From: Eubacteriales Family XIII. Incertae Sedis bacterium | GTDB taxonomy: Bacteria > Bacillota > Clostridia > Peptostreptococcales > Anaerovoracaceae | Direction of reading: 5' to 3' | Assembly (NCBI GenBank): GCA_031264295.1 | Contig: JAISED010000022.1 | Location: 833 to 64,832 of the forward strand | DNA: 64,000 nucleotides | Translations under genes and position numbers: made by a program | Notes under the pieces: model-generated | The model's input: only the letters and a program-made list of their open reading frames with translations | Told to the model about the DNA's origin: nothing | Databases searched by the model: none | In this document: positions 63,031-64,000 of the stretch, piece by piece | Layout: every line of letters starts with the position of its first letter | How positions within the stretch are numbered: the stretch's first letter is position 1

Positions 63031-63437
63031 AATCCGGTTTTTTCCCTAACCTTTTCAAGCAAGCGCAATGCAAAATAAACGATTATGACATCCAAGAGAA
63101 GATTGAACAAGTTAAAAGTGGTAAACTGGATTATACTTATAAAACGACGCGGCATATTGACCAGATAGTTGAAATTAAAAGTCAGAAACTCCATAGGATA
63201 TCCGAGTGAAATCCTATTTTCTGCAGTTTTGCAAAATGGCAGAAAAATACTGATCACAACAACAATTGTTGACATTATTATCCGTTTTTCGAAAGCCTCT
63301 GCGCTTTTCGGAAATATCTTTCCCATTTCAAAACCACGTCCTTGCCTATAAAGCGGCTCGTTCAAATTCCAGAAAACTTCGCCATGAATTCCGAAAAACT
63401 CATGGCAAGTATTGAGTATATCAAGATATATTAGCAA
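63018..63437 (-). CDS. Hypothetical small membrane protein in a low-GC region. The start is uncertain (possibly ATG 63326).
   Basis: Two or three hydrophobic segments are present (IIMSTIVVVISIFLPF, FNLFNLLLDVIIVYFALRLL). No family was recognised. Confidence 0.35.
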   Translation of the reverse strand: MLIYLDILNTCHEFFGIHGEVFWNLNEPLYRQGRGFEMGKIFPKSAEAFEKRIIMSTIVVVISIFLPFCKTAENRISLGYPMEFLTFNFNYLVNMPRRFISIIQFTTFNLFNLLLDVIIVYFALRLLEKVREKTGFHRS

Positions 63438-63496
63438 TTCTAGAATACGTTATTATACTGACGAGCATTTGAATTTTCCATAAACGCGAGTCAGCA

Positions 63497-63640
63497 ATAC
63501 TCGTTTCCTCTGTCCGACCGCAACGCGCCATAGGCGCTCCTACGCTCACTTCGTTCGCTTCGCTGTCCTGTTTTACATTACGGCTGAAGCCGCGTAAAAC
63601 AGGCAAAATGCGGTCGGAATTTTCAATCGCTCACGAGTAT
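63497..63640. other. Nested inverted-repeat element (structured RNA or DNA hairpin cluster) of unknown type.
   Basis: ATACTCG (63497-63503) pairs with CGAGTAT (63634-63640). TCCGACCGCA (63513-63522) pairs with TGCGGTCGGA (63609-63618). GCGCC-ATA-GGCGC lies at 63526-63538. CCTGTTTTA (63567-63575) pairs with TAAAACAGG (63595-63603) and encloses CGGC-TGAA-GCCG. Confidence 0.4.
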
Positions 63641-64000
63641 AACTACAAATATTTATTTATATCTTTGGACTGTATATCCCAATTACCGTGTACAGTCACG
63701 CCTACATCATACGAATCCTCTCTCAATAAATACAATTATCAACTAGATATTTATAACATTTAAATGATAATAATTCAGCAGGCAGCAACTGCAACAAATC
63801 TAATGATTTTATTAATATTGTATCTGTAATCTACCTATGCCAAAAACATCAGCAAGCAATATAAATCTATAATATATATTTATGAATATTGCTTGATAAT
63901 ATGATATCTTGTTTTTCTCGAATTGTCAAGTCACATCTTCAGACTGACAGGGCAATCGCGTAAAAATAAAGCGGAATAAAACGGAGGCAGGAAAAAATAA

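Noticed and set aside
63421-63606. 61-aa minus-strand ORF (MPVLRGFSRNVKQDSEANEVS..) over the nested inverted repeats.
   Set aside because: Its open frame is a by-product of the GC-rich palindromic element. It has no SD and no protein-like features, so the region is better described as a structured nucleic-acid element.

Overview
This is a 64-kb chromosomal window of roughly 50-55% GC. It most likely comes from a Gram-positive, plant-fibre-degrading member of the Clostridia. That is an inference from SLH-anchored giant surface proteins, AGGAGG-type ribosome-binding sites, a POR-type oxidoreductase and the xylan/hexuronate gene content; no database search was possible.

Layout:
- (1) 1-8975, minus strand: a surface operon with two TasA/camelysin-like proteins, a secreted GH10 xylanase, and a >1,640-aa Listeria-Bacteroides-repeat protein. 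The last gene runs off the left edge, so it is missing from the supplied ORF track.
- (2) 9.8-12.9 kb: a four-subunit 2-oxoacid:ferredoxin oxidoreductase.
- (3) 13.1-17.7 kb: a GGDEF/degenerate-EAL/HDOD protein abutting a polar amino-acid ABC transporter.
- (4) 18.1-23.2 kb: motAB, metY, an ArAE-like membrane protein and alr.
- (5) 24.05-35.6 kb: one 3,850-aa SLH-anchored mosaic surface protein, divergent from a Cache/HAMP/PAS hybrid histidine kinase with two receiver domains.
- (6) 39.8-41.2 kb: a small low-GC islet with a Phd/RelE-type toxin-antitoxin pair behind a strongly structured leader.
- (7) 41.2-58.5 kb: a glucuronoxylan/hexuronate locus. dctPQM-uxuA-uxuB-gntR-uxaC lies on the minus strand, divergent from a secreted 1,328-aa GH67, a stand-alone Big_2 module protein and a 1,319-aa GH115.
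- (8) 58.5-64 kb: a decayed accessory region with an orphan antitoxin plus truncated PIN toxin, an EamA transporter, holA, a lipoprotein, an IS4/IS1634-like transposase remnant and structured non-coding elements.

I recognised no rRNA, tRNA or CRISPR array, and no clear-cut novel defence or mobile system.

The most unusual signals are:
- the TasA-like/xylanase/giant-repeat-protein operon;
- the giant SLH protein with an amphipathic beta-rich core;
- the structured RNA upstream of the TA pair;
- a duplicated promoter-operator cassette;
- two GC-rich intergenic tandem-repeat arrays inside minus-strand transcription units.
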